Shown here piece after piece: positions 1 through 11,000 of a DNA stretch of 64,000 nt (positions are counted from its first letter, which is position 1; every line of letters begins with the position of its first letter). The stretch is from positions 4,617,784 through 4,681,783 of the forward strand of contig JAUPSS010000004.1 of assembly GCA_040285825.1 (NCBI GenBank), in the 5' to 3' direction. The translations under genes and the position numbers were made by a program. Below the pieces are notes generated by a model. The model was not told where the DNA came from, searched no databases, and saw only the letters and a list, made by a program, of their open reading frames with translations. The stretch is from Eukaryota sp. TZLM1-RC. Taxonomy: Eukaryota > Protista > Metamonada: BaSk clade.

Positions 1-818
1 TCAATTTCAGGAACATGTTTCGTGGGAGGAACCGGAGGTTGAGCTGTGTGAGAAAATTCCCTGGGAGGTTCCTTATAGTCAACCAGATCTGAAAATAATA
101 GTTCACACCTTTTCCTTTGCTCTTCGGAAAGATGTGAAGGAAAATTTGGTGTGCTAGGAGTGGAATCTCTAGCCTGCTGAGGGGAAACAGACATATTGTT
201 AACTCCTTTTACTGTTGATGTAGTAAGAGGAGATCCTGAAGTTGGGACAGCAGTATTTTGAATAGTTTTCCTAACAGTTGGAACTGCAGGGAGAAGCTGT
301 TGAGAGTGAGAGGGTGGAACCTCAGAACTGGATGGAAGGGATGAAGATGGTACTTCAATGGCCTTCTTAGAGGAGGAAGAGGGTTGGTCTTCCAATCCTT
401 CTTTTGCAGTGTGAGAAGGTTGAACAGTCTCTCTGCTGTGAGTAGAAGGTGAAGGTGGTACTTCAGAACTTCTTCCAGGGAGGGGAGAAGGAGGGACTTC
501 AGATGCCCCCAATTGCGAAGGGGGAAGAGAAGCAACGGAATCCTCTACGTCCTGGTCGTCGTAGGAGACCAACGAAGGACTTCTTCCTTCCGAAGGAACG
601 GAATCCTCTGGAAGGGAATTGTCTTCCTTTGGGGTGGAACCCTCAGGGAGAGTTGCTTCAGGAAGCGCAGAAGCTTCAACCGAAGAAGGAGGCACGGAAG
701 CAGGGTCTGTGGTTAGTGGTGAGGAAGAGGGACCAGTCTCTTCCTCAAGGATCCTACGTTGAGCCGGGGACGACCCAATACGTATTGATGGTCTTGGTTG
801 TTGGTTATTGTCTGACAT
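1..818 (-). CDS. 5' part of a Pro/Ser-rich low-complexity protein running off the left edge (MSDNNQQPRPSIRIGSSPAQ...; repeated SEVPPS motifs)
   Basis: Manual translation from the ATG at 818 gives about 272 codons with no stop to the window edge. It is absent from the ORF track because it has no stop. GC is higher than in the flanks. Confidence 0.7.
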   Translation of the reverse strand, partial: MSDNNQQPRPSIRIGSSPAQRRILEEETGPSSSPLTTDPASVPPSSVEASALPEATLPEGSTPKEDNSLPEDSVPSEGRSPSLVSYDDQDVEDSVASLPPSQLGASEVPPSPLPGRSSEVPPSPSTHSRETVQPSHTAKEGLEDQPSSSSKKAIEVPSSSLPSSSEVPPSHSQQLLPAVPTVRKTIQNTAVPTSGSPLTTSTVKGVNNMSVSPQQARDSTPSTPNFPSHLSEEQRKRCELLFSDLVDYKEPPREFSHTAQPPVPPTKHVPEI

Positions 819-1029
819 ACAATGTGGAGTAACAGAAGTGTAATTTATTACGAAGAGGAATTGTATTCTCTCTTCTTAAGCTAACAGGCGGAATACTAAT
901 AACTAAACTATTAACTATAAATACTATTCAAGACTAACAATTGGGTAACGAACTTGGCTACAAGAAACATCTCGTTCCCATTGCAGTGGTCCATTGGTGA
1001 TCATCATGTAGAAGGCCGTAAATGTTGGA

Positions 1030-1680
1030 AATTTGGGAGATTCAAAAACTTGAGCAACTGTCTTCAAGATCAATCAAAAAGTTTGCAAAAACAGGATTTC
1101 TTTTTTTAGCCAAGCTAAGACGTATACTGTAATCCAAGTTTTCTAAAACTTTTAAGATTTTTTTCTGCAATTTTGCAAAAGTCAGTGGTAAGGAGAGCAA
1201 GCTTCTTGGAGGAAGCTCCATAATATCAGAGGGCAAACATTTAGAGTCAAATATTTGGTGAAAGAGTTTCAATTTCCTAGTGCAAAGAAATAAGATAAGA
1301 GCTGCAACAGTTTTCAATGAGATCAATTTTTTCTGAAAAGAGATTCACAAATTCTTAAATAAAATTTTTACCACATCCAATGAAGGCAGCTTTACAAAGG
1401 TAACTTACTTTATGAAAATCAACACCACCAAAATTCGTACCACAAAAAAGGTGGCTTCGTAGCTGAGATGCATTAATTTCCAATAATTTTGCTCAAAAAT
1501 TGGTTCTTTGTTCATTTAAAAATTCGACAAATTTCCAAAGCAATTGATGGTGATGTTGCTCTCAAAATATGAGTAAAATTTTCCAGAATAACAAATTTTT
1601 AAGACTAGTATTTGAAATGTTTTTCAATATTTAAATTTTCTGTTGATTCTAATTCATTTCCAAATTGAGTCAACAGAATG
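1030..1680 (-). mobile_element. Degenerate internal fragment (post-RT region) of an RLE non-LTR retrotransposon
   Basis: Translates to IEKHF..LKICYSGKF and ...LDYSIRLSLAKKRNPVFANFL, homologous to families A/B. Many disruptions. Confidence 0.8.
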
Positions 1681-2179
1681 TGCTCATTTCACAGTATCTC
1701 CAGATTTGGAATCTCTTCCTCAACTATTAATCAAAATTTATTTCACGCAATTTAAACATAGTTAGAATGAACTGAATTCTGTTTATGATTCGCTCCACTG
1801 GTCACAAAAAGTTGCTATTTCTGCTATCTGTACAACGTTGAACTAGGATTGATAATATTGATATCCGTAATGTCTATACAATATGAATTCACAAAAGGTT
1901 GAGAAATATGAGAAACTATTTGCGTTATAAGTAATAGCATTTTGAACCAAAGTTTTTGTATACACATAGTTTCTGCTCTAGGTTCAATTTCAAGTTGAAC
2001 CCTTGCCACTTATGGGCCTTCCTACTGGTGAATAAAAAGGTTTTGACAGTTGTAGCAGTTTGTACATCACTTTGCAGTAAGTTGGTTCCTGACTCACAAT
2101 TTGTTGTTGACAACTCATCCCCATAATCAATAGAAAAATATCAAATGTATCAATAAAACCAATACCCTTTCTTAGAACA

Positions 2180-3358
2180 ATGACTGTTGATTCACTCGAC
2201 TCTCTTCGTTGTCCATTACTGGGAGACCTTCTCTATGACGCTGTTGTCACCCCATATGGTCATTCATTCAATAAGTCTTCCATTGAAGAGTGGCTCTCTT
2301 CAAACAGTATATGCCCAATTACCCGAAAGCCACTTTCTTTCAAAGATCTTATTCCAAACTATGCTGTTCGGGATTTTCTCAATTCCATAAACACAGAAAA
2401 AATGCCAACAAAATCTGTTACTAACCCAGATAGCTCGAGATGCATCTTTGAGCAGTTTCTCAAGGATAACAAAGCACTTTCTGCAATAAATTTCCAAATT
2501 GAAGAACTGAAAACAAAACAACTTGAACTTGACTCGAAGTTAAAAAGTTTGGTTGCTGAAAAGACTTTGTTGTCAGAATCTATGCTGGGTGAGCTGGATT
2601 TCAATAATAAGAAAGCAATGAATGCTAAACTCGACTCAATATCCACTGAAGAAACCGCTGCATATATAGAATTATCTCATGTTGACCACGATCTCAGGGA
2701 GCTTTTAGACCGTCAAGCCAGTGTCAAGAAGTCATTTGACTCGCTCAAAAACCAACTCACCAATGAAATATCTAATCAAAGTTGCTCACTTACCAGGGAA
2801 GAAGTCCAACAGATTCTTGAAGAAGATAAAAGGTCAATTCGCATGGATATGGCCACCAAATTGAAAGATAAAGGAAACGAACATTTCAAAAATCAAAATT
2901 ATTCGGAAGCCATCGCCCTTTACACTCAGGCAATTGACGAATTATCTCCTTTCTCTTGGACGACCCTCTATCTCAATCGAGCTGCTGCATATCAGGCCAC
3001 TAAGCAGTATGAGAAGAGCATCAATGATTGTAACCAAGCCATCAAAATTGATCCTGATTGTTGGAAAGCGCACAGAAGGTTGGGGGCTGGTCATGTATGC
3101 TTGGGACAGTTCACTAAAGCTTCCATTGCTTACACCAGGGCTTTGGAACTTAATGACGAAGATAAGGAGTCCAAGAGAATGCTTAAATGGCTGGAAGACA
3201 GAATGAAACCTCGTGAACCAGTGGAACAGACTCCTCCTTCCTTTGTTTCAGGTAATAATGGTGCTCCAAGGTCACTTGGTGGCTTGGGAGCTTTTTTTGA
3301 ACCATTTGGTGCTGTTCTTCGTCCTTTTGATGATGCTTTTTCCTCTTTTTTCAGGTAG
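2180..3358 (+). CDS. U-box / coiled-coil / 3xTPR protein (CHIP-like E3 ligase with reversed domain order)
   Basis: N-terminal U-box (CPL...GHSF..SSIEEWL...CPITRKPL...LIPNYAV), central heptad region, C-terminal TPRs with carboxylate-clamp residues (LKDKGNEHF, YLNRAAAY, KAHRRLG). Confidence 0.85.
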   Translation: MTVDSLDSLRCPLLGDLLYDAVVTPYGHSFNKSSIEEWLSSNSICPITRKPLSFKDLIPNYAVRDFLNSINTEKMPTKSVTNPDSSRCIFEQFLKDNKALSAINFQIEELKTKQLELDSKLKSLVAEKTLLSESMLGELDFNNKKAMNAKLDSISTEETAAYIELSHVDHDLRELLDRQASVKKSFDSLKNQLTNEISNQSCSLTREEVQQILEEDKRSIRMDMATKLKDKGNEHFKNQNYSEAIALYTQAIDELSPFSWTTLYLNRAAAYQATKQYEKSINDCNQAIKIDPDCWKAHRRLGAGHVCLGQFTKASIAYTRALELNDEDKESKRMLKWLEDRMKPREPVEQTPPSFVSGNNGAPRSLGGLGAFFEPFGAVLRPFDDAFSSFFR

Positions 3359-4270
3359 TTAACAATATCGAATATTTAATAGAAAATAACAACATTTTTC
3401 ACAATAAAAATAACAAAAATCCAAAAAAGTTTCTACTCCTGGTGTTTGAATAAGTTTAGTTGCTTTGATGACCTGTTGATTGTATTATCAATGTCAAAGT
3501 CGTCAATGGCAAAATTCTTTTGATCCTGAAATGAAAAGTTGATTTCAAATAATGCAGTTGGTTTCAAACATCTTGATATGAGGAAGGTCAAGCATAATTT
3601 AATGAAAAAGCAAAGAAAGTGTGATTGTGGGTGGAAAATTAATTAATTCGAATAGTTGGGAACATTTGTTTCAAGATTCAAGAAATGCAAGAAATGTCAA
3701 ACTAAGATTCATAAAACTTATCATTCGGGAATACCAATAAATGAAAAATGAAAAACTAAATGAAGGTAATAATATCACAACTTGAGAGAGCCACGTATAT
3801 GGATTTGTTATGCACTAATCTTAGAAATCACTGAAAATGTAGGGTTAAATAACAAATAAAACACTGGCGTTGTAACTGAAAGACCAAAATATCAACATAC
3901 CTCACCTCAGTTCATTCAATTATGAAATAATTCAATCTATTCACTAAATTTCCACATTTAAACCCAAACCCTTCATTAAACATTGGCTCTCTCTTGTAAT
4001 CGAATATTGCGTTGTATTCTCAAACCGACATCTTAGATAATCTTAAGGTGTCACTATGAATACAGAACCTCACGTTATCTATCATGTTTTCTGTACACTA
4101 TCCAACGGATTATGCATTTTATAGGAATTCCTGTTAGTTCATCATTGTTGTGAAATTCTGAAACAGCAGGGATGTTAATGGATGAAACTGTCACTTTGTC
4201 ACTGTATACCGTCACTTGTCACCAATGTACACGATTTGTCTCGATTTCATTCTATATAAGATTGCTGTCA

Positions 4271-4909
4271 ATGTTTGCCCCTCCAGCCGAATGTTCTTTT
4301 GAAGAGAACGACCGTTGTCTTGTTGTACGTTTCATTCGTGATCGAACTGATTGTTGCTGCGCTCGTCCTTCCTGTAAGAAACACAAGGGAAAGATTTTTC
4401 TCTGGGCCGCGGGGTTAACGTTCATCGTCCTAATGGTGATTTCTCTATTCATTAGTTTCACACTTCAAAGCTTGATAGTAGGTATGTTGGTATGGTTGCA
4501 TATTTGGTTCATGATTCTTTTTGGCTGTCTTGTACATTCATGCTTTGACAAGTGCTTAGGTCATATTGGGTCTCGTGTATACGAATCAATCCTCACGTTG
4601 GATTGGCTGGAAAATGAAGTTCGCGTTTCTGTTAAAAACCAAGTTGAAAGGTTTTCCTATGAAAAAGTTTATGATGAAGAACACCTTTCAGATGTGGTCA
4701 TCAAGGAAGAAAGTTCCAATCTTTTTTCCTCCAATAGTTATTATTATGCCATTCAACTCAAGTCTGGTATTACAGTGGATATCCCCATATCAAATCTCGC
4801 AAATGAAGATGCTCATATTATTTGGACTGTTATCCAGAAAGCGCTTAAAAGATTTTCTCAACCTCAGACTGAAATCGAAATCAACGAAGTCCAAGTAAAC
4901 ATGGAATGA
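4271..4909 (+). CDS. Hypothetical membrane protein with two TM helices
   Basis: Clean ORF (track start 4172; ATG at 4271 also plausible) with two adjacent hydrophobic segments and a Cys-rich N-terminus. Confidence 0.6.
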   Translation: MFAPPAECSFEENDRCLVVRFIRDRTDCCCARPSCKKHKGKIFLWAAGLTFIVLMVISLFISFTLQSLIVGMLVWLHIWFMILFGCLVHSCFDKCLGHIGSRVYESILTLDWLENEVRVSVKNQVERFSYEKVYDEEHLSDVVIKEESSNLFSSNSYYYAIQLKSGITVDIPISNLANEDAHIIWTVIQKALKRFSQPQTEIEINEVQVNME

Positions 4910-5312
4910 AAGTCCCAACTATTTGGATTAAACCATCAATCTACTTTTTCCAATTTCTTGTGTTGTAAATCTACTCGTTCATTGCTTCTGTCTGTACAAA
5001 TTCTTCACTGCCTTTTTCTGAAACAATTCACACATATTGTAGGGTGATTCTTCATGTAGTTAGTGTTGTTGTTTGAGCCGCAAAAAATTAAGCAAAAATA
5101 ATATTTGCTTGTGAATGCTTTGAGACCTGATCTTATTCTTATTCTGAAAATCAACTAGGCAAACGAGGGGAAATAGTCTTGATTTGAGAGTTAACAACAC
5201 CAAAGAAACCAAATTTAATATAGTAAAAAAATAAAAACAATGAATTGTTGTTGACGTATTGGTTTTTTCCTTTTCCCACAAGACTTTATTAAATAATACC
5301 GATAAATGACAA

Positions 5313-8300
5313 CAGAACATTTTTTTTCTCCCTCCCTTAGTCAACCCTTTCATATTTCACTTTCTGTCAAGGCGTCAAAGTCGTACTGTTTCTCTGTCAA
5401 AACGATGCCTTTGGCTGATAGTGACTCTGATACTGATTGGAACGCCCAAGCAAAGATTCTACCAGTCAGATCAAGCTCATCCACTCCACTTCCCCACTCT
5501 CCCCACAATACAAGCTATGCTCGAAATTCATCTCAAAAAAATTTTCATTCAAAAACTGATCATTGTACCAGAAAAAACACAGAAAAACCACCATTACGTT
5601 CCTTGCGTTCTGTTGCGCGTTCTATTAACAACTCCGTTTCTCGAAATTTGTTTTCTCCAGCTGAAACTGCAAAAAGTCAAAAGTCTATTTCTACTTTTAA
5701 CTCAAAAATTGACAAAATTGAAAGAACTGAAAAAATGAAACCACTGCCATTAAAAGGTTCTAAAAAATGTTCGATTTGTGGTATCAGTGGTCATAATTCG
5801 AGAACGTGCCCTGAGAAACAAAAAAGAGAATTTGAATTAAAATCTGCGCAACAAATTCTCAAATGTTCTGTTCCAGCTGTTGCCGTTGTGAAAGGTGCTG
5901 AAAATAATGTTTCTGACGATCAACAGTTAAATGCTTCTAGTGTTCCCTCTTCTTCCCCCTCTGAAAACAGTAATTTTTGTTGTCCATTTTGCAAAAAAGA
6001 TGTTGCAGATTCACGAAATGGTCGAAAACTTCTGTTTTGTACGAATTGTAAAGCCGTTGATACCGTAAGACCCCCGATCCGGATCCCAGTAGAAATAAGT
6101 CCCGCCAGCACAATCCCCTTCTCAATGGAAATGAGAAATTTTACTTCTGAATTGAAAAAAAATAAGTGGAATATTTCATCCTTCTGGAAATATTTTGCTA
6201 GAAAAAACAAAAATTGTTTTAAGAAAAAATTTGGAAATAGAAAAATTGTAAAATCAAAAATTTGCCGTAAATTGTGCTTACGTGGTCGTTATGGTGCCGC
6301 AAAGCAGTCCTTGTTTTCCTCTTCTTTGGCTGATGCAAACTCTGATACCCTTGAAAAACTTCAAAAGTTGCATCCTCAAGAAAATTTCAAGTGCAGCAAG
6401 CCTGAAGTGTGTCCTTTTTGGATTGAAAATCCTATTACTGCAATTGAAGTTCTTAAAGCTATGCAAAAATTGCCAAAGGGGAAAGCAGCAGGCCCATCTG
6501 GAATTTCTTTTGATCTGTTAAAAATAGCGTGTTCCAGTGCTCCCGAAATTGCTGATGATCTAGCCCACTATTTTCAACAATTGATTGTTTTGAAAATTAA
6601 TCCTCCGTGTGAATTACTCGCAGCACGTCTGATTGCTTTAGTAAAGCCTGGAAACGGAATCAAACCTGATGGAATACGCCCAATTGCTGTTGGTGAATCT
6701 CTTTCTCGTTTGCTAGCATCAATTGTCTTCGATCGTGTCAAAGACAAAGCTTCTACATTTTTGAATCTTCATCAATTTGAAATCAAAACAATTGATGGTG
6801 CTTCTGTTGCTGCTATTGCCTCTGATACCTTTTTTAATGCAGAGGAAAATAATTTTATTTTTAATCTCGACTTTAAAAATGCTTTTAATTCTGTAAAGCG
6901 AGAAGCAATTTTTGAAGTTATTAAATCTGATTTTCCTGAGCTATCGAGTTTTTTCTACCATTTTTATGGGAAAGAATCAGATTTAATTTTTAATTCATTT
7001 GGTCTTAAATCATCTTCTGGAGTGAAGCAGGGAGATCCTTTAGGCCCATTATTGTTTTGTTTAGCTATTCACAAAACTTTAAATATCATTAAGCAAAAAT
7101 ACCCTTCTATAAAAATAGTTGCTTATATGGATGATATATCCTTGATTGGTTCATTTGATTTACTAGAATTGGTTGCTCAAGAAATTGCCGATTCATATGA
7201 AAATATTGGGCTCCATCTTAATGCCAGCAAATGCCTTCTGATTGGCTCTTCTGCTCAAGACCTCGTGATAAACGATTCTATTGTCCCTTTTACTAATTAT
7301 AGTAGTGATGCTTTTAAGTTCCTTGGTTGTTGGTTAGGAAATGTGCCTCAAATTCAGAATGAATTGCAAGTTATTTTGGAGAAAATGAAAATTGAACTTG
7401 ATTCAATTTCTTCTTTAGATATAGAAAAGCATATTAAATTTTTCATGCTTAAAATTTGCTACACTGGGAGAATAACCCACATTTTGAGATCTTGTGCTCC
7501 TTCCATAGCATTAGATTTTTGTCGTTCTTTTAATTCATTGAGAACAGAATTTTTGCTGATTTATTGGATGTAGAACCAGGAATGTTGAAAAGCCATTTAT
7601 TTTCTTCAGCAAATTTGGGTGGTATTGGTTTTACTAAATCTTCAATTTTGTGTCAATCAGCATTCTTGGGTGGTGGCAAAATTTTATTTATGAATTTTCT
7701 CGTAGATTTCCTGATGATTCTCATCTGTTAGTCCCCAATTGTAGTCCCTATTTGCATGAGTTATCTTGTGAACTTGAAAAATTACCGCCACAAATTTGGA
7801 CCAAATGTTTTCCTCAATCAATTCAAGAAATTCCAAACCGATCTCTATTTAATTTACAGTTTTGCTGTAAAAAGCTTCAACAAAAATTGTCAAAGATTTT
7901 TGAAAGCTTGGATTTTGATGTTAGACTTGGCTTGGCCAAGAAAAAGAATCCCGCTTTTGCAAATCTTTTACAAGATATGTGTGACAGTACTTCTTCTGCC
8001 TTAGTAACAACAATTCCACAAGTTTATGGTACTCTCTTATCCGATTCTGCTTGGACTCTGAATATGAGATTTCGTTCCTTTATCTGGCCTGATAAATTAC
8101 CTCATAATTTAATTTGTAAATGTTCTCGAGAAATTACAACTACTCATTTGTTAAATTGTAAACATTTTATTACTTTTAGAAGCAAGGTTCATGATGCTGT
8201 AAGAGACCAGTTATATTGTATGTGTAAATCTCATAGAATTGAATCCTTCTTGGAACCTTTGTTGTCAAATCTGTTTGATGCTGAAAATGATTTTCATAAG

Positions 8301-8800
8301 AATAATAGAGGTGATGTCATATTACCTGGATTAGATGGAAGCTTCATTTTATTGGATGTAATGTCTGTTGATCCTTGTAATGCCTCAAATGAAAGGCTTG
8401 TTAATTCTGAAATTGATAATCCCCTTTCAAATGCTGAAAATTTTAAATTCAAAAAATACAATGAACCTTTGTCCAAATTGGCCAGTCTACAGCATGCAAA
8501 ATACAATTTGTATCCATTTGTATTTTCCCTTTTTGGTTCACTTGCACCAACTGCTTTACGTTTTTTGGATGATTTTGAAATGATTGTAAAGAGATGAACT
8601 GGCAGAAATTTCAACATATTGTTTTGGCAAAATAGAATTGTGTTTTCTATTTTTAAGGGGATGTTGAAGATGGTTTCTGATGCTTTGCTTTCTCTTGGAT
8701 CTCACTATGAGAGAGTTGCATCTAGTGTTTTTGTTTTGGGAGAGATGGATTTTTTAGATGTTGATTTATAGGTTTAGAATAAAATTAAATTTTAAAAAAA
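5313..8800 (+). mobile_element. Full-length CRE-like RLE non-LTR retrotransposon, family A (~3.5 kb), with 11-bp TSD
   Basis: ATAAATGACAA at 5302-5312 and 8801-8811. AATAAA and an A-rich tail at the 3' end. Single ORF with zinc knuckle, RT, CCHC finger and RLE. Confidence 0.9.
5405..8771 (+). pseudogene. Family A polyprotein (~1,120 aa reconstructed): CCHC knuckle, C4 ribbon, RT, zinc finger, RLE
   Basis: CSICGISGHNSRTC; CPFC..CTNC..PPIRIP; RPIAVGE, LDFKNAFNS, GVKQGDPLGP, YMDD, FLG; CKC-x7-HLLNC; VHD..EP..RGD..D..KKY. Frameshifts near 7552 and 7678, TGA at 8595. Confidence 0.9.
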
Positions 8801-8990
8801 ATAAATGACAAATGAATAATAATGCTTTCACGGAGAGTTAGTAATAGTTTATTGCATTGAACTACTTGAATGTTTAAAAACATCAGCCCAGCATTTACTT
8901 ATCCATGTTTGGGCCTACTGTGTTCCATATTGTTTTCTACAACTGGGAAAAGATTTCTAAAGGCTTTGTTTGATAGTTGAAAAAATGATG

Positions 8991-11000
8991 CTACTCATCT
9001 GTATATTCACGGAAAACATCAATCAAAAAAGGTCGTCTGAAAAATTGAATCCACCATGGAAAACAAGATAATTCAACTAAATATTCATTCTTGATCAGTT
9101 TGACAGATTTAATTACACCTAGACTAATAAGTTTTGTTGGAGATAAAGAAGAATCTGACAGACTGCGTTCATAAGGTCTAATAGATTGAATGAACTTCAA
9201 AGATGGAAAAGATGGTTCATTGAAATTGGTGGGAACATTCCAATGAATTATCAGTTCTCTCAATTTTGAGAAGAATATTTCAATTTTAAGAGAGCAATCC
9301 AACCCTACTTCCAATCTAATAATGGATTGAGGTAACGGTATTTGTCCTTTCAATAATCTCTTTGAAAGACCGGGTGATAACACCAACTCCTTTAATGATG
9401 TAAGATGGTTCAAATCAAAAATCTCAATACCATCATTGTTCAGTACCAACTTCACTAGTGAAGTGGGTAATTGTATAATTTTGATGCTACAATCAAGTTG
9501 AAGAACTTTGAGTTTCAATAAATGTGCGAGATATATAGAAAATTTACGAGATCTCGATCTTCCACCAAACTTAACAACCTCAACATTTGGAAAAACTGAG
9601 AAGTTATCAACAAATGGATCATTATCAACACCATCATAGTAAACATCAAGTTTTTTAATTCTAGGATTGATTGCTGCAAGAGCTTTGAATTCAGTCGTTA
9701 ATCGTAATTGTAAATCACAAATATTTTGATCTAAATGTAATTGCTGATCAGCTCCTAAAGACAAAAAAACATGATCCAAATGACAATTAATCACTTCCTT
9801 GGCAAGTTTTGCCACTCTCTTGCTAATTGAACATTTGGTGTAAAACCTTGCTTTTACGTAAGGATGATTACCAAATAAATGCTTCAAAAATTTAAAATAT
9901 TGAAAATAAACAAGCTTAATAAGACCACTAAACATTCTCTCTAATGGTTGCCTTGGACACTGAAAAGTTCCAAGTATTTCAGAACCAAATACATTGACTG
10001 GTGTTTCAAGATGATGTTCATCGCCTGTACCTAATTCCCCTTTATAGTTCCTTCCCCAAGCCCAAACAATGTCTTTGTTGTAGGCATAAAGATAGTCGTT
10101 GCCAACAGAAATACCTTCCATATTCGTTAATGGTTCGAGACAAAGAGGATCATTTCGATTTTGGTGAACGTCAGTAAATTCACTAAGATTACCCCACACA
10201 AAGACCTTGCCACTATTATCAACAGCAGCAAATACACCCTGATAACCACTTATTGAAACAACATTAGTTAAACCTTGGACATGATAGGGTTGATTGGTGA
10301 AAGAGTCAACCTTATCGTCTCTTTTATAAATCCAAACCAAGCCATTAATATCAATTATTCCAAAACAATTTCGCACTAAAAAGACGGAATCTTTAGGTGT
10401 TGTCGTTGGAGTAAAATGTTGGGTAACTGGAATCTTTGTGAAATAAACTTCATCAAAATAGAAATAATCACCAAATTCATCAAGTGCAATAAATGAATTA
10501 CCGGCAACCCAAAGAGAAACAATATTATTTAATTGTTCCATCACTTGAAATGACTGGTAATGTCCCCATCTAACAACTTTACCTTGATCTGTCAAAGCAA
10601 ATGAACACCAAAACCCACCGTAGAGTTTTTTTAATTTATAAGGAAACTTGATGCGGGTGATGGGAAGTAACTTCATTTTTGACATATCTACTTGATTAAA
10701 AGCATTCCAACCCCAACCAAGACACTTTCCATCAGAACAAAGAACAAGAGAGTGATAATCGCCAGCAGAAATGGAAGTGACATTAGCTAATGGTAATTTG
10801 ATGGGAGTTTTGATTAAGGGAGGTCCATTATTGAGGATTTGACCATAATTATTACGCCCCCATCCGTAAACATCACCAGAACAGGAGAGAAGAAGTGTAA
10901 AGCCAAGACCATTAGAAATAGATTGAACTCCAACCAAAGAATCCAATCGGCTGTCTAGCATTTCAAACGAACCATCAATGCAATAGTTTTCACGAGACAT
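8991..11000 (-). CDS. RCC1-repeat protein with C-terminal leucine-rich-repeat-like region
   Basis: RCC1 motifs (GDVYGWGRNNYGQ, ISAGDYHSL, VWAWGRNYKGELG). C-terminal LPTSLVKL / LTSLKEL repeats. Confidence 0.8.
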   Translation of the reverse strand: MSRENYCIDGSFEMLDSRLDSLVGVQSISNGLGFTLLLSCSGDVYGWGRNNYGQILNNGPPLIKTPIKLPLANVTSISAGDYHSLVLCSDGKCLGWGWNAFNQVDMSKMKLLPITRIKFPYKLKKLYGGFWCSFALTDQGKVVRWGHYQSFQVMEQLNNIVSLWVAGNSFIALDEFGDYFYFDEVYFTKIPVTQHFTPTTTPKDSVFLVRNCFGIIDINGLVWIYKRDDKVDSFTNQPYHVQGLTNVVSISGYQGVFAAVDNSGKVFVWGNLSEFTDVHQNRNDPLCLEPLTNMEGISVGNDYLYAYNKDIVWAWGRNYKGELGTGDEHHLETPVNVFGSEILGTFQCPRQPLERMFSGLIKLVYFQYFKFLKHLFGNHPYVKARFYTKCSISKRVAKLAKEVINCHLDHVFLSLGADQQLHLDQNICDLQLRLTTEFKALAAINPRIKKLDVYYDGVDNDPFVDNFSVFPNVEVVKFGGRSRSRKFSIYLAHLLKLKVLQLDCSIKIIQLPTSLVKLVLNNDGIEIFDLNHLTSLKELVLSPGLSKRLLKGQIPLPQSIIRLEVGLDCSLKIEIFFSKLRELIIHWNVPTNFNEPSFPSLKFIQSIRPYERSLSDSSLSPTKLISLGVIKSVKLIKNEYLVELSCFPWWIQFFRRPFLIDVFREYTDE

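Noticed and set aside
449-832. Plus-strand 127-aa ORF and other short ORFs in 209-832
   Set aside because: They are shadows of the longer open minus-strand frame starting at 818.
3540-3745. Possible decayed retroelement N-terminus (CDC...CKKC..IP)
   Set aside because: Too short and disrupted to support without an alignment.
5306-7573. Telomerase, group II intron, retron or DGR reverse transcriptase
   Set aside because: The C-terminal CCHC + RLE domain, poly(A) tails, 5' truncations and TSDs identify non-LTR retrotransposons.
7540-7690. Programmed frameshifting in element ORFs
   Set aside because: Frameshift positions differ between copies of the same family and mostly fall in homopolymers.
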